Part shown: positions 1 through 9,500 of the stretch, piece after piece
Numbering within the stretch: position 1 is the first letter of the stretch
How the letters are laid out: every line of letters starts with the position of its first letter
Translations under genes and position numbers: made by a program
Notes under the pieces: generated by a model
The model's input: only the letters and a program-made list of their open reading frames with translations
What the model was told of the DNA's origin: nothing
Database searches by the model: none
Source of the DNA: Spirochaetota bacterium
Lineage (GTDB): Bacteria; Spirochaetota; UBA4802; UBA5550
Length of the DNA: 64,000 nt
Direction of reading: 5' to 3'
Assembly: GCA_963664815.2 (NCBI GenBank)
Contig: CAXXHB010000003.1
Span: 704,001-768,000 of the forward strand

Positions 1-405
1 CTCTGCGGCCCCTTCGGGCAGCTGCGACAGTATCCGGTCAAATGCTGCCTCGTCCACGTTCTGCCTTAGCGCCCTGGCCACTTCACCTATTGCATCGGGT
101 GTTGAAAAGTTGTGATCCGGCCGTAATGTCCGGACCTCTTTTGTCATAGTATCACGGTCGCCAAAAGGGAGTCTGGGTTCATCAATATCCCAGTCAGCAA
201 CAAATATTGCACGCAGCACAGGGGGGAGCACGCCTGCAAAGAGGATGGCTTCCTTAACGTTTATCCTGCGGCGGAATACCTGCAGTACACCCTGAACCAT
301 GGTATATGTCTGGTGTGTACTCCCGAAGCCTGCGATGTCCCTTGCTTCTGTAAGAAACTTGTAAAAATGATCTGTTGCACGCTGGTATTCAGAAGGTATT
401 GGCAT
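1..405 (-). CDS. DUF2267-like protein, 3' end beyond the window edge
   Basis: Not in the ORF track. Manual translation from ATG 405 (AAGGAG upstream) gives MPIPSEYQRATDHFYKFLTEARD...YTMVQGVLQVFRRR...LPPVLRAIFVADW...LRPDHNFS...LSQLPEGAAE, open to base 1. Confidence 0.75.
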   Translation of the reverse strand, partial: MPIPSEYQRATDHFYKFLTEARDIAGFGSTHQTYTMVQGVLQVFRRRINVKEAILFAGVLPPVLRAIFVADWDIDEPRLPFGDRDTMTKEVRTLRPDHNFSTPDAIGEVARALRQNVDEAAFDRILSQLPEGAAE

Positions 406-457
406 AATCGGCTCCTTTTATGAAAATTCCTTATTCTGACGGTTACCCTATATAGTT

Positions 458-1363
458 TCAAATCCATTTAATATTTACGTTGCGTTCCGGGATGCTGTGC
501 AATTTTATCGATGGATAACCTGCTGTCAATGCAGCATAACACTTATGTCCTTCCGGTATTTTAAGAAATTTGCCAAGTTTTGAAAAATTCCGGATATGTT
601 CTCCGGCTGCGGCCATCTGGATCAGTCCATTCCAGCATGTTCCGATTCCAAAAGAATAAGCATACAGCTGAATATAGGAAACAGCCGCGTCACAATCTGA
701 ATGCGGCATCGATGAATTTTCAGGGGCATATGCAAAAATTGCAACAGGGGCATTATACATGATGGCGTCTCTTCCTTCATTATATTCCTGCAACCTCATT
801 TCGATGTCCGGAAGGACTGCAAACGCGGCGTCAATTGATTCATCAAAATGTGATGCCAGGCGTACTATGGGGTTTTTTATCAGTTTGCGCATTTTCTGCA
901 GGTATTCGACAGTCATATCAAGTACTGACTTCATGTTATCATAACCGTAAACAACACTGAAATTCCGCACCCAGCCGATCCTGTGATGGGGACTCCCCTG
1001 GGCATACCCGGCAATCTTTATAATTTTTTCGATATCTTCCAGTGGCGGGATATTCTCACGGTAGTTTCTCACTGATCTCCGGCCGGATAGAAGACTAAAG
1101 GCACTTTCATTTAATACCGGATTATCAGAAAAACTTCTGAATTTCGAAAAATCAAACCCGCTGTGAAAAATCGCTTTCTTAGGGCATGCAGCAAGGCATT
1201 GACCGCACAGGCAGCACTCATCAAGGTCGCGCGCAACTGCTGCCTTTTTATCTGTCACTTTATATATCCGCACAGGGCAGACCTTTTCACATAAACCGCA
1301 ACCGTTACAGGTATCCTGTAAGATAGAAATTTCCGGGGCAATCAGATAATCTTTTGAATCCAT
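458..1363 (-). CDS. Nitroreductase-family protein with N-terminal 2x[4Fe-4S] ferredoxin domain
   Basis: CNGCGLCEKVCP and CCLCGQCLAACP motifs, then RRSVRNY, GIGTCWNG and GYP nitroreductase motifs. Confidence 0.9.
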   Translation of the reverse strand: MDSKDYLIAPEISILQDTCNGCGLCEKVCPVRIYKVTDKKAAVARDLDECCLCGQCLAACPKKAIFHSGFDFSKFRSFSDNPVLNESAFSLLSGRRSVRNYRENIPPLEDIEKIIKIAGYAQGSPHHRIGWVRNFSVVYGYDNMKSVLDMTVEYLQKMRKLIKNPIVRLASHFDESIDAAFAVLPDIEMRLQEYNEGRDAIMYNAPVAIFAYAPENSSMPHSDCDAAVSYIQLYAYSFGIGTCWNGLIQMAAAGEHIRNFSKLGKFLKIPEGHKCYAALTAGYPSIKLHSIPERNVNIKWI

Positions 1364-1380
1364 ATCATTATATCCTTTAA

Positions 1381-1986
1381 TTATTTTTTTGTATGGCCTG
1401 ATTTTCTGTAGGTTGTAATAAATGTTTCTGTAAATGCCTGTATTGTTTCTTCAGGGTCAAGCCCGCCTTCAATTGCCAGGTAACCTGTAATTCCATCAAG
1501 TGCCGCGAGAAGCGGGTATGCTGTGTTGCGTGGTGAAAATTTTCTGAACACGCCTGTTTCAATGCCCCTGATGTATAAACTCTCAAAAAAATTTATTGTC
1601 TGCCTGGCATAATCCGCGTAAGTACGTGAGAGCTGTTGATTTGAAAAAGTTTTGGCCAGTGATAAATAAACGACAATAAGCTCACGGGGATGATTCATCC
1701 AATAAGTAAGATAGCTGCGTATATATAATGTTAAACCTTCTGCCGGGTCAGGATTACTTGAAGCTTCGCTGATAAACTGCATTACCGGTTCTATAAGTTT
1801 ATCATTTACTTTTATCAGAATATCATCTTTCGAAGAAAAATGGTAATATATTCCACCTTTTGTGATTCCTGTGCGTTGGGCAATAGATTCCATGGAGGCA
1901 TTTTCGTACCCTTTTTCTACGAATTCTATAATTGCGGCCTCAAGGATCTGGTTAATTCTAATCTCTTTGGATTCTTTTTTAGTCAT
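1381..1986 (-). CDS. TetR/AcrR-family regulator
   Basis: ILEAAIIEFVEKGYENASMESIAQRTGITKGGIYYHFSSK helix-turn-helix. Confidence 0.95.
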   Translation of the reverse strand: MTKKESKEIRINQILEAAIIEFVEKGYENASMESIAQRTGITKGGIYYHFSSKDDILIKVNDKLIEPVMQFISEASSNPDPAEGLTLYIRSYLTYWMNHPRELIVVYLSLAKTFSNQQLSRTYADYARQTINFFESLYIRGIETGVFRKFSPRNTAYPLLAALDGITGYLAIEGGLDPEETIQAFTETFITTYRKSGHTKK

Positions 1987-2005
1987 ATCTTTTTCCTTTT
2001 TTAAA

Positions 2006-2033
2006 AAATACCGTCGGTAGGTATTTATGTCAA
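2006..2033 (-). promoter_or_regulatory. Putative TetR operator AAATACC-N7-GGTATTT next to a TTGACA -35 box
   Basis: Inverted repeat 2006-2026 directly upstream of tetR; TTGACA on the minus strand at 2028-2033. Confidence 0.6.
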
Positions 2034-2327
2034 TCCCGAATTATAAATATCTTAATTTTTAAGTAGTGAATCAATGTAAAATCGCGTGTGTGGGGATTTC
2101 AGAGAGCTGCTAAAAAACATAAACTGTTTTTATGTGAAGAACTTAAGAAACTCATCTTTTAAAAAAGCAATATTAAAGGAAGAGGTTTTAAATGCCGGAC
2201 GGATAAACCTCCGGCTGAAATGTATTGGAATTCCATTATATTGATGATTCTGTTGTGGCGATTTTATTAATTGACAGAACTGTTTAAACAGACTAGTCTG
2301 AATAGATTGATATTTAGGAGGTGATTC

Positions 2328-2972
2328 ATGAAACGGATAATTTTATTAAATCTGATCCTGGCAGTTCACTTTGCTTACGCGTCCGGTACCGGATCATACA
2401 GCAGAAGGCCGGTAGAGTTTAAATTTATCATTAATTCAAATGTTGTACTAAATCATAAAATCACATATGACGGGAAAAACAGACCATCAAAAATTCTGTA
2501 TTATGAAAGTGGCATTTATAACTCGTATGAACTTTACGCTTATGATTCTGCGGAGAGGTTAACTGAGATAGTCAAATATACTCCTGAAGATTCATTGGTA
2601 GAGAGCAGAAAGCTTTTATATGATACTGCCGGGGCGCTGGTTCGTGAAAGCAGGATCTCTCCTGATAATGTTTTGCTTGAGTATGGCATTTTAAAATATC
2701 AAAGCGATAAACTTGTTTCAGTACAGTATTACAACCCGGATGGGAAGCAGCTGAGATACTGTGAATACGTTTATAAAAACGACAGGATTGATGTAATCAG
2801 AATAAATGACATCGGCAACTATACTATGACAGCTCATTTTATTTATGACAAAGATAATTTAACAACGGGGCAGAGCATAGAACATTCTGATTTAAACGGA
2901 AAGGCTGAATCGGTGATTATTTATGAGGAGGGCACTATTTCAAAGGCAGATTACAATGAGTTAATGAGATAA
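2328..2972 (+). CDS. Exported protein with YD/RHS-like repeats
   Basis: AGGAGG RBS, signal peptide (MKRIILL...FAYA), recurring YD-G/A motifs. Confidence 0.75.
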   Translation: MKRIILLNLILAVHFAYASGTGSYSRRPVEFKFIINSNVVLNHKITYDGKNRPSKILYYESGIYNSYELYAYDSAERLTEIVKYTPEDSLVESRKLLYDTAGALVRESRISPDNVLLEYGILKYQSDKLVSVQYYNPDGKQLRYCEYVYKNDRIDVIRINDIGNYTMTAHFIYDKDNLTTGQSIEHSDLNGKAESVIIYEEGTISKADYNELMR

Positions 2973-3009
2973 AACCTTTAAAACCGCATCAGATGTATCT
3001 TATAAAATT

Positions 3010-3113
3010 TTAACCGGCAATAGTACTGAATTTAATAATTTAAATCAGGGAATGAACCGCACTTAATTCAAAGAGAAATATAAAAAAAGCGTACCGGTTT
3101 ATAAACGGGGGCG
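3010..3113 (+). repeat. 104-bp dispersed intergenic repeat, copy 1 (copy 2 at 13484-13587)
   Basis: Ungapped alignment by eye with about 9 mismatches; the last ~37 bp are identical. Confidence 0.9.
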
Positions 3114-3201
3114 GTATCCCTGTTCCTGACGGTGGGATTATTACTTCACGGGTGCTTCTGCTTGCGGAACACTCTCATTCGAAAAAAAATTTTCAAATTT
3201 A

Positions 3202-3666
3202 CTATAATCCTCCTTTTAATATTGTCTGGACAATGACATCATAGAGCTTTGTCCCCTGCATAGTGGTTCCAGTCGAGAGGTTCACTACGGATGCATCTTC
3301 GAAATGAACTTCAATGGAATCACCGTCTGAAAATCCCCGGGGACACGACTCAAGAATCACAATTGGTATACCCAAAGCAATGGCATTGCGGAAAAAAATC
3401 CTTGCAAACGATTGTGCAACAATCGCGCCGATGCCAAGGGTCTTGAGTATCCCGGGAGCTGATTCTCTTGATGATCCGCATCCGAAATTTGACCCGGCTA
3501 CAATAATATCCCCCTTGTTGAATGCTTTGGTGAAATCCGGCCTGACAGATTCCATAACATGCTTAACCATCTCGTTTACCGGGCTGTCGAGATAAGCACC
3601 GGGGGTTATCGCATCTGTATCGATATTATCTCCGAATAACCAGACCTTGCCTTTTATCGTTTCCAT
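3202..3666 (-). CDS. leuD: 3-isopropylmalate dehydratase/DmdB-like small subunit
   Basis: GDNIDTDAITP, GSNFGCGSSRE and SFARIFFRNA motifs. The family call is firm; the substrate is uncertain. Confidence 0.85.
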   Translation of the reverse strand: METIKGKVWLFGDNIDTDAITPGAYLDSPVNEMVKHVMESVRPDFTKAFNKGDIIVAGSNFGCGSSRESAPGILKTLGIGAIVAQSFARIFFRNAIALGIPIVILESCPRGFSDGDSIEVHFEDASVVNLSTGTTMQGTKLYDVIVQTILKGGL

Positions 3667-3683
3667 ATTATCTCCGGCTTCAT

Positions 3684-4937
3684 TTATAATTCGTCAGGGT
3701 GTATAATCCTGCCCGCCACAGAAGATGCAGCGACTACGTAAGGATTCGCAAGATATATTTCCGATGCTGGGCTGCCCATCCGTCCCCTGAAATTCCTGTT
3801 GGATGTCGAAACGCATACTTCACCCGCAGCCAGCAGACCCTGATGCGCACCGAAACAGGCTCCGCATCCGGGATGATTTACAATTGCTTCCGCTTTGACA
3901 ATTATTTCCATGAATCCTTCTCTGATTGCCTGAAGGTATATTTCCCTTGATGCGGGTGTCACAATCAATCTTACATCCTTATGCACCTTTCTCCCCTTGA
4001 GAATTTCTGCTGCTGCCTGCAGGTCTTCGAGCCTTCCATTGGTACAGGATCCGAGAAAAGCCTGATCGATCCTGACATGGCCTAGAGTGCTTACCGGTCT
4101 AACGTCATCAATCCGATGTGGGCACGACACTAGTGGTTCGAGTTCATTCAGATCAATATCATGGCATGCTTCATAGATAGCGTTTTCATCGGGAAATACC
4201 GGGTCATAAGCATCTCTGATGCGCGGATTGAGGTATTCGTGAACGATGTCGTCTGGGAGGAAAAATCCGAATTTTGCCCCCAGCTCTACGGCCATGTTGC
4301 AGATTGTCATTCGGGATGCGAGAGACAATTCTCCGGCCGAAGGCCCATGAAATTCTATCGACTTATATTGTGCGATTTCCACTTTATGAATACCGGCTAT
4401 ATGCAGGATGATGTCTTTGCCCATGACATATTTTTTTTTCTTTCCGTGAATCTCAAACCGGATTGTTTCAGGAACCTTGAGCCAGATCTCACCTGTATGA
4501 CAGAGGTGGGCCATTTCCAGGTAGCCGATCCCTGTGCCGGCACAGCCGAAGGCACCGTATGTTGTCGCATGTGAATCGGCGGCAATGACCAGCCTTCCGG
4601 GGGCAATAAAACCGAGCTCAGGCATGACCTGATGGCATATCCCGGGCTTTTCGCCGTAGAAGTGAGTGATTCCAAACTTTTGTGCAAAGATCCTTCCAAG
4701 TTTCTGTATTTCAGCAGCTCTTATGGTCGGTGCTGGTGAATAATGATCAAGAATGACTATGATTCTGTCCCTGTCCCATACGCTATCAATTCCGGCCTGC
4801 ATCATCCTTAAATAAACACCTGCGGCAGCTTCAGGGCACATTACATAATCAGGCCGTGCGGTTACATACTCCCCGGCTTTTACCTGGTTATTACCGGAAG
4901 CTCTGGCGAGTATCTTCTCTGCGATTGTGTATCCCAT
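3684..4937 (-). CDS. leuC: 3-isopropylmalate dehydratase/homoaconitase/DmdA-like large subunit
   Basis: DH, GICHQ, DSH, GSCTNGR, PGCGACFG and STSNRNFRGRMG aconitase-family motifs. Confidence 0.9.
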   Translation of the reverse strand: MGYTIAEKILARASGNNQVKAGEYVTARPDYVMCPEAAAGVYLRMMQAGIDSVWDRDRIIVILDHYSPAPTIRAAEIQKLGRIFAQKFGITHFYGEKPGICHQVMPELGFIAPGRLVIAADSHATTYGAFGCAGTGIGYLEMAHLCHTGEIWLKVPETIRFEIHGKKKKYVMGKDIILHIAGIHKVEIAQYKSIEFHGPSAGELSLASRMTICNMAVELGAKFGFFLPDDIVHEYLNPRIRDAYDPVFPDENAIYEACHDIDLNELEPLVSCPHRIDDVRPVSTLGHVRIDQAFLGSCTNGRLEDLQAAAEILKGRKVHKDVRLIVTPASREIYLQAIREGFMEIIVKAEAIVNHPGCGACFGAHQGLLAAGEVCVSTSNRNFRGRMGSPASEIYLANPYVVAASSVAGRIIHPDEL

Positions 4938-4947
4938 GAAGTTCGCC

Positions 4948-5826
4948 TCATTCTTTTATCGAGTATTTCTGTTCCAAAGCAAAAATACCGGGAAGATCGA
5001 CGATTTTTGTAAATTCATCGAATGTGGCAAGATTGGATTCATATTCTCTGGTGGACCCTTTGGATTTCAGCTCGGTTAAAGCATTCATCATAGCACGTGC
5101 AGCTGCAAAAACTGAAGTGAGCACATAGCCTACGAACTGATATTTTAGTTCAGCAAACTCTTCAAGTGAAAGAATCGGGCTCAACCCCCCCTCAATCATA
5201 TTTGCGACAAGCGGGCCGGGTACATTTTCTCTTATAATTTTCAGTTCCTCCTTGCTCCTTGGCGCCTCGACAAATATGACATCCGCTCCGAGTTCATGGT
5301 ACCTGTTTGCACGCCTGATTGCCTCATCAAGGCCAATAGGTCCTCTGGCATCTGTACGGGCGATAATGATGAAATTACCGGGATCCCTGCGAGCTTCAAG
5401 TGCGGCAAGAAGCTTCTGTTCATATTCCTCGGCAGGGATTACTTTTTTACCGGCCATGTGTCCACAACGCTTGGGCCAGAGCTGATCTTCAAGTATCATC
5501 CCCTGAACTCCGGCCTGCTCGAGCTCCCTGACCGTTCTGATAACGTTTATCGGACCGCCATAACCTGTATCCGCATCGGCTATTACAGGGATATTTACGG
5601 CTGATGCAATATAAGAAGCCGTTTTTACAACTTCACTCTGGGTCAGCAGGCCGAAATCGGGCATTGCAAGAAGTGATGCCGTTGTGGCATACCCGGAAAC
5701 AAGGACCGCTTCAAATCCTGCCAGCTCTGCGATACGGGCGCTTAACGCATCGTAAGCGCCAGGCATAAGCACCGGACTGTCTGTTGCTGATAAAGCACGT
5801 AAATTTCTGAATTTCTTTGGTTCCAT
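4948..5826 (-). CDS. Isocitrate lyase/PEP mutase family C-C lyase (PrpB or 2,3-dimethylmalate lyase-like)
   Basis: PGAYDALSA, DADTGYG, EDQLWPKRCGH and ARTDA motifs. Confidence 0.9.
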   Translation of the reverse strand: MEPKKFRNLRALSATDSPVLMPGAYDALSARIAELAGFEAVLVSGYATTASLLAMPDFGLLTQSEVVKTASYIASAVNIPVIADADTGYGGPINVIRTVRELEQAGVQGMILEDQLWPKRCGHMAGKKVIPAEEYEQKLLAALEARRDPGNFIIIARTDARGPIGLDEAIRRANRYHELGADVIFVEAPRSKEELKIIRENVPGPLVANMIEGGLSPILSLEEFAELKYQFVGYVLTSVFAAARAMMNALTELKSKGSTREYESNLATFDEFTKIVDLPGIFALEQKYSIKE

Positions 5827-5861
5827 CTGATACCCCCCTTAATTTTAGTCAGAATAGTTAA

Positions 5862-6003
5862 CTGCCCGATAGAATACCGGTTATCGTCGGTCTCTTATTC
5901 TCAATGCTTAAATTAGCAATAAAATATTATAATGGGAGTAAAAATTCAGTTCTATGTATTGGAAGTGCATACTATGGAATCATAGTACTAAATATTTTAT
6001 ATT
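5862..6003 (-). repeat. Conserved non-coding element, copy 1 (core also at ~24552-24682 and ~27740-27860)
   Basis: The reverse complement reads ATAAAATATTTAGTACTATG-attc-CATAG...AATACATAGAACTGAATTTTTACTCC...AATATTTTATTGCTAATT...GAATAAGAGAC, matching the other two copies. Confidence 0.8.
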
Positions 6004-6444
6004 TTGATACAGGAAGATTAGCGTATTAAAGAATTCTCCTTATAATGAACCACCTTGGATTCAGCAGCTTTAATGATATTTATCTGTTCTTTTTAAATCA
6101 GATAATAATATATTGTGCAGTTTACGTCTGTGGACATCCGGCAGCCATGAGAGAAAGCAGTGATACCAACCGGAATGGCAGCTGAAAAGATTAGACTTTG
6201 AAAAACATCAGATTACTATCTTTACAACTTGTCTCGTATAAATTGGGGTATATTCAGCAGAGATTGTTAATGAAAACATTACAGGTAGGTGAATTTAAAC
6301 GCAGATTCTCTGAAGTCCTTGATATTTATGGGAGTATGAAGTACAAATAACTAATATTTCAATTAGAAAAATCGGGCAAATCTATGCATAATTTTTCTCC
6401 TTATATTATAAATTTTTATAATTATATAATTGATAATTAAATTC

Positions 6445-6475
6445 TGTCCCGCCAATTACTGTGCGCGGAATAATT
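6445..6475 (-). promoter_or_regulatory. 31-bp palindromic motif upstream of an RBS, copy 1 (copy 2 at 11012-11042)
   Basis: 28/31 identity to 11012-11042; lies 55 nt upstream of an ATG at 6389 preceded by AAGGAG. Confidence 0.6.
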
Positions 6476-6535
6476 GTCTATGTTTAAATGGGTTAAATTT
6501 GAAAGGCATGAAGTTAAGGAGGTTTAATACGGGGA

Positions 6536-9500
6536 TCAGGAAAAGCTTTTCAGTAAAGCATCTTTTTGTTTCTCCCTGAACTCACTTGGTGTCATCCCTT
6601 CTGATTCGCGGAAGACTCTGTTGAACGTGCGCAGGTTTTCGAATCCGGAATCCATGGCAATTTGGATCACTGTTTTAGCGGTTTCAATGAGACTGTTTCT
6701 GGCATTATGGATCCTTAACTCATTTATATAGGAATTAAGCCTCTTACCTGTCACCTTGTTGAATATTCTGCTCAGATGATCGGGATTCATGTCAACTGCG
6801 GCGGCAAGCCCCTCGCGGGAAATGTCTGCTGAAAAATTTTTATTAATGAAATCAATCACATGGCTTATTTTTATCTCGGATGACTCGCTTACGGTCAGTT
6901 GTCTGGTACGAATATTTCCAAGCTCGGCATACAGCGCCCGGTTTGTCCGCTCAAGCCTGTCTCTTACGCTTTTCAGGTCGAGCTGGGCTTTTATCCGCGA
7001 CTGGAGGTCGCTCATGTTAAAGGGTTTGACGATGTAATCTGTTGCCCCCTTTGAAAATCCTTCAAGTTTCATCTCAGGTTCAGCCTTTGCAGTGAGCAGA
7101 ATCACCGGAACGCTTTCAAGTCCCGGCATGCGCCGGATGTTAGCTGTCAGCTCGTAGCCGTCCATGCCTGGCATCATCACATCGGAGAGTATAAGGTCCG
7201 GAATGTTTTCCTCTGTTTCAATAATTTTAAGCGCATCCATCCCGTCATTTGCATTAATGATTCTGTACTGCCCGCCGAGTACACCGGTAAGCATTGTATG
7301 CATTCCGGGATTGTCCTCCACTATCAGTATGGTATATTCAACCGGTATAACGGAATTGCTGACGGTTTCAGCTGATACGACTGCGATTTCCTGTTTCCTG
7401 ATGCCGTTCAATGCAAATTCGGCATAGTTGAGGGTATAGACATCTCTTTCGTCCGTGCCCTCCACGGAGAAATTCACATCTTCCCTTGTCTGGAAGTGCC
7501 CCCTGTCTGCGGGAATTTTCACAGTAAAGACTGAACCATGATTTTCAGGGAAACAGTCTATGTGCCTGCTTTCAACGGCGACAGTTCCGTCATGGAGTTT
7601 AACATATTCCATGACCATGGCCAGCCCTATGCCAGTACCTTCAAACATACGTGAAGGGCCGGAGTCAACCTGTGAAAAGCGGTCAAATATGCTCTCCTGT
7701 TTATCTGCTGGTATGCCCGGGCCTGTGTCCTCAATGCGCAATACGCACATGCCTGTATCATCTGATATTGCAGACAGGTAAATACTGCCGCCGCCGGCTG
7801 TAAATTTTACTGCATTGGACAGAAGGTTTGCCAGTACGCGGTCTATTTTTTCCCTGTCTGCCCAGATAAGTATTTCTTCAGGCTGGCAGAATGTCCGGAG
7901 TTTTATACTCCTGAGATCGCAGACTGAACGTATTGCCTCGGCGTGCGACGCGGCCATGGCTGTGATGTTTATCAGACTTACGGACATTTTCATACGGCCT
8001 GCATCCATGCGTGAGAAGTCAAGCAGATTGTTTATAAGTGAAAGAAGACGTAAACCGTTATTATATATTGATTCAAAGAATGCCCGGTCCTGTTTGTAGT
8101 TATAACCGCCGCTGAGTACCGCCTCAACAGGTGTAATCATAAGTGTCAGCGGTGTGCGTATCTCATGCGATATATTGGCGAAGAAATTTGACTTGATGCG
8201 GTCAAGTTCGCTGAGCCTTTCGTTGGCCATGGCCAGTTCTCTTGTGCGTTCTATTACCTTCTGTTCCAGAGTATTGCGTTCCTCAAGGAGTTCGGCAGAT
8301 GTTTTTTCAAGGGCTTCGAGCTGCTGACTTGAAACAACAGTGTATTCGCTCAGTCGTTCTGAAAGATTATTTTTCTCTGAGTAAATATATAAAATATACA
8401 GAGAAAACAGTGCAATGGTCAGGCAATGGGTAATAATTCCGGTATGTATTAATCCGAACCCGGCAAAGATAGATAATATTATTGCCGCAACAATTTTATA
8501 ATATATTATGCTCGCAGTTGGCTTCCACCTGTACTCTATTGTAAAACTGTGTCTGTCTCCGTCGTTTCTGAATGTAATGACTGAATCGGGTAGATCATCA
8601 AGGGTGAATATAAGCTTGAGTATTGCACCCAGTGAACCGTGGTAGATGGCCGCATCATTCGGTATTGATGCATTCAGATATTTTGAGTATTGGCTTAAAT
8701 TAAATTCAGGTTTAATCCAGATTTGAAATCTTGCAAATCCCTTACTTACATCGGTTTTGAAATCATGAATATCGTTTACTTTAGATATACCGTTTTTAAT
8801 CTGTGTAAATACCACCTGTTGTGGTATGAGGAAAAAAATTTTCCCTAATCTTAATTCATTCAACGTGCTGTGTATAGCGGCTTTTATAAAAAAACTTTTA
8901 CTATTAGCCAGGATTTTTGTGAATTCCAATCCATATTCAATGAATTCAAGACTGCACCAGATATTTTCATTATTATAAAAATCTCTGTCAATGCTATAAC
9001 TGGAGTTCATGTTGTTATTTATAAAGCTTATTATATCCGATGTGTTTATGAACTGAACCTTTTCAAGGTATAAAAGCAGGCCAAGTACGTTATTTGTTGT
9101 TACATCGTGAACTGGTGTGCCGCTCCCTGTTTTGCCGTACGGTATGTAGTCCATGAATCCTTTTTCATAAATCTTATGATGTTCACTTAACTGCTCATTG
9201 CTGTTCTCTCCAAAATGGAAATCATACCTGCCTATTACTTTTTTCGTGAACATAATGAAGTAGAAATAGAACTCGTTGCTGTACCATCTTGTTTTATCAA
9301 GGAGATCGGCTCTTACTGCAGTGAACCTGTTATCAGCCATATGTTCATTAAGCATTGACACAAGTATTCCGGTGTCTCCGCCGCATTCCTCGAAGTAAAG
9401 AAGTGTCTCATTCGCTGCTTCACCGGATATGCAGTATATTGTTTTTATTTCATCAGCCGAAGGGCCACGGTAAAAACCGTTTTCATCAGCAGGCCATGGC

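Noticed and set aside
261-467. 68-aa minus-strand ORF in the track
   Set aside because: It is an off-frame overlap of the real DUF2267-like gene at 1-405.
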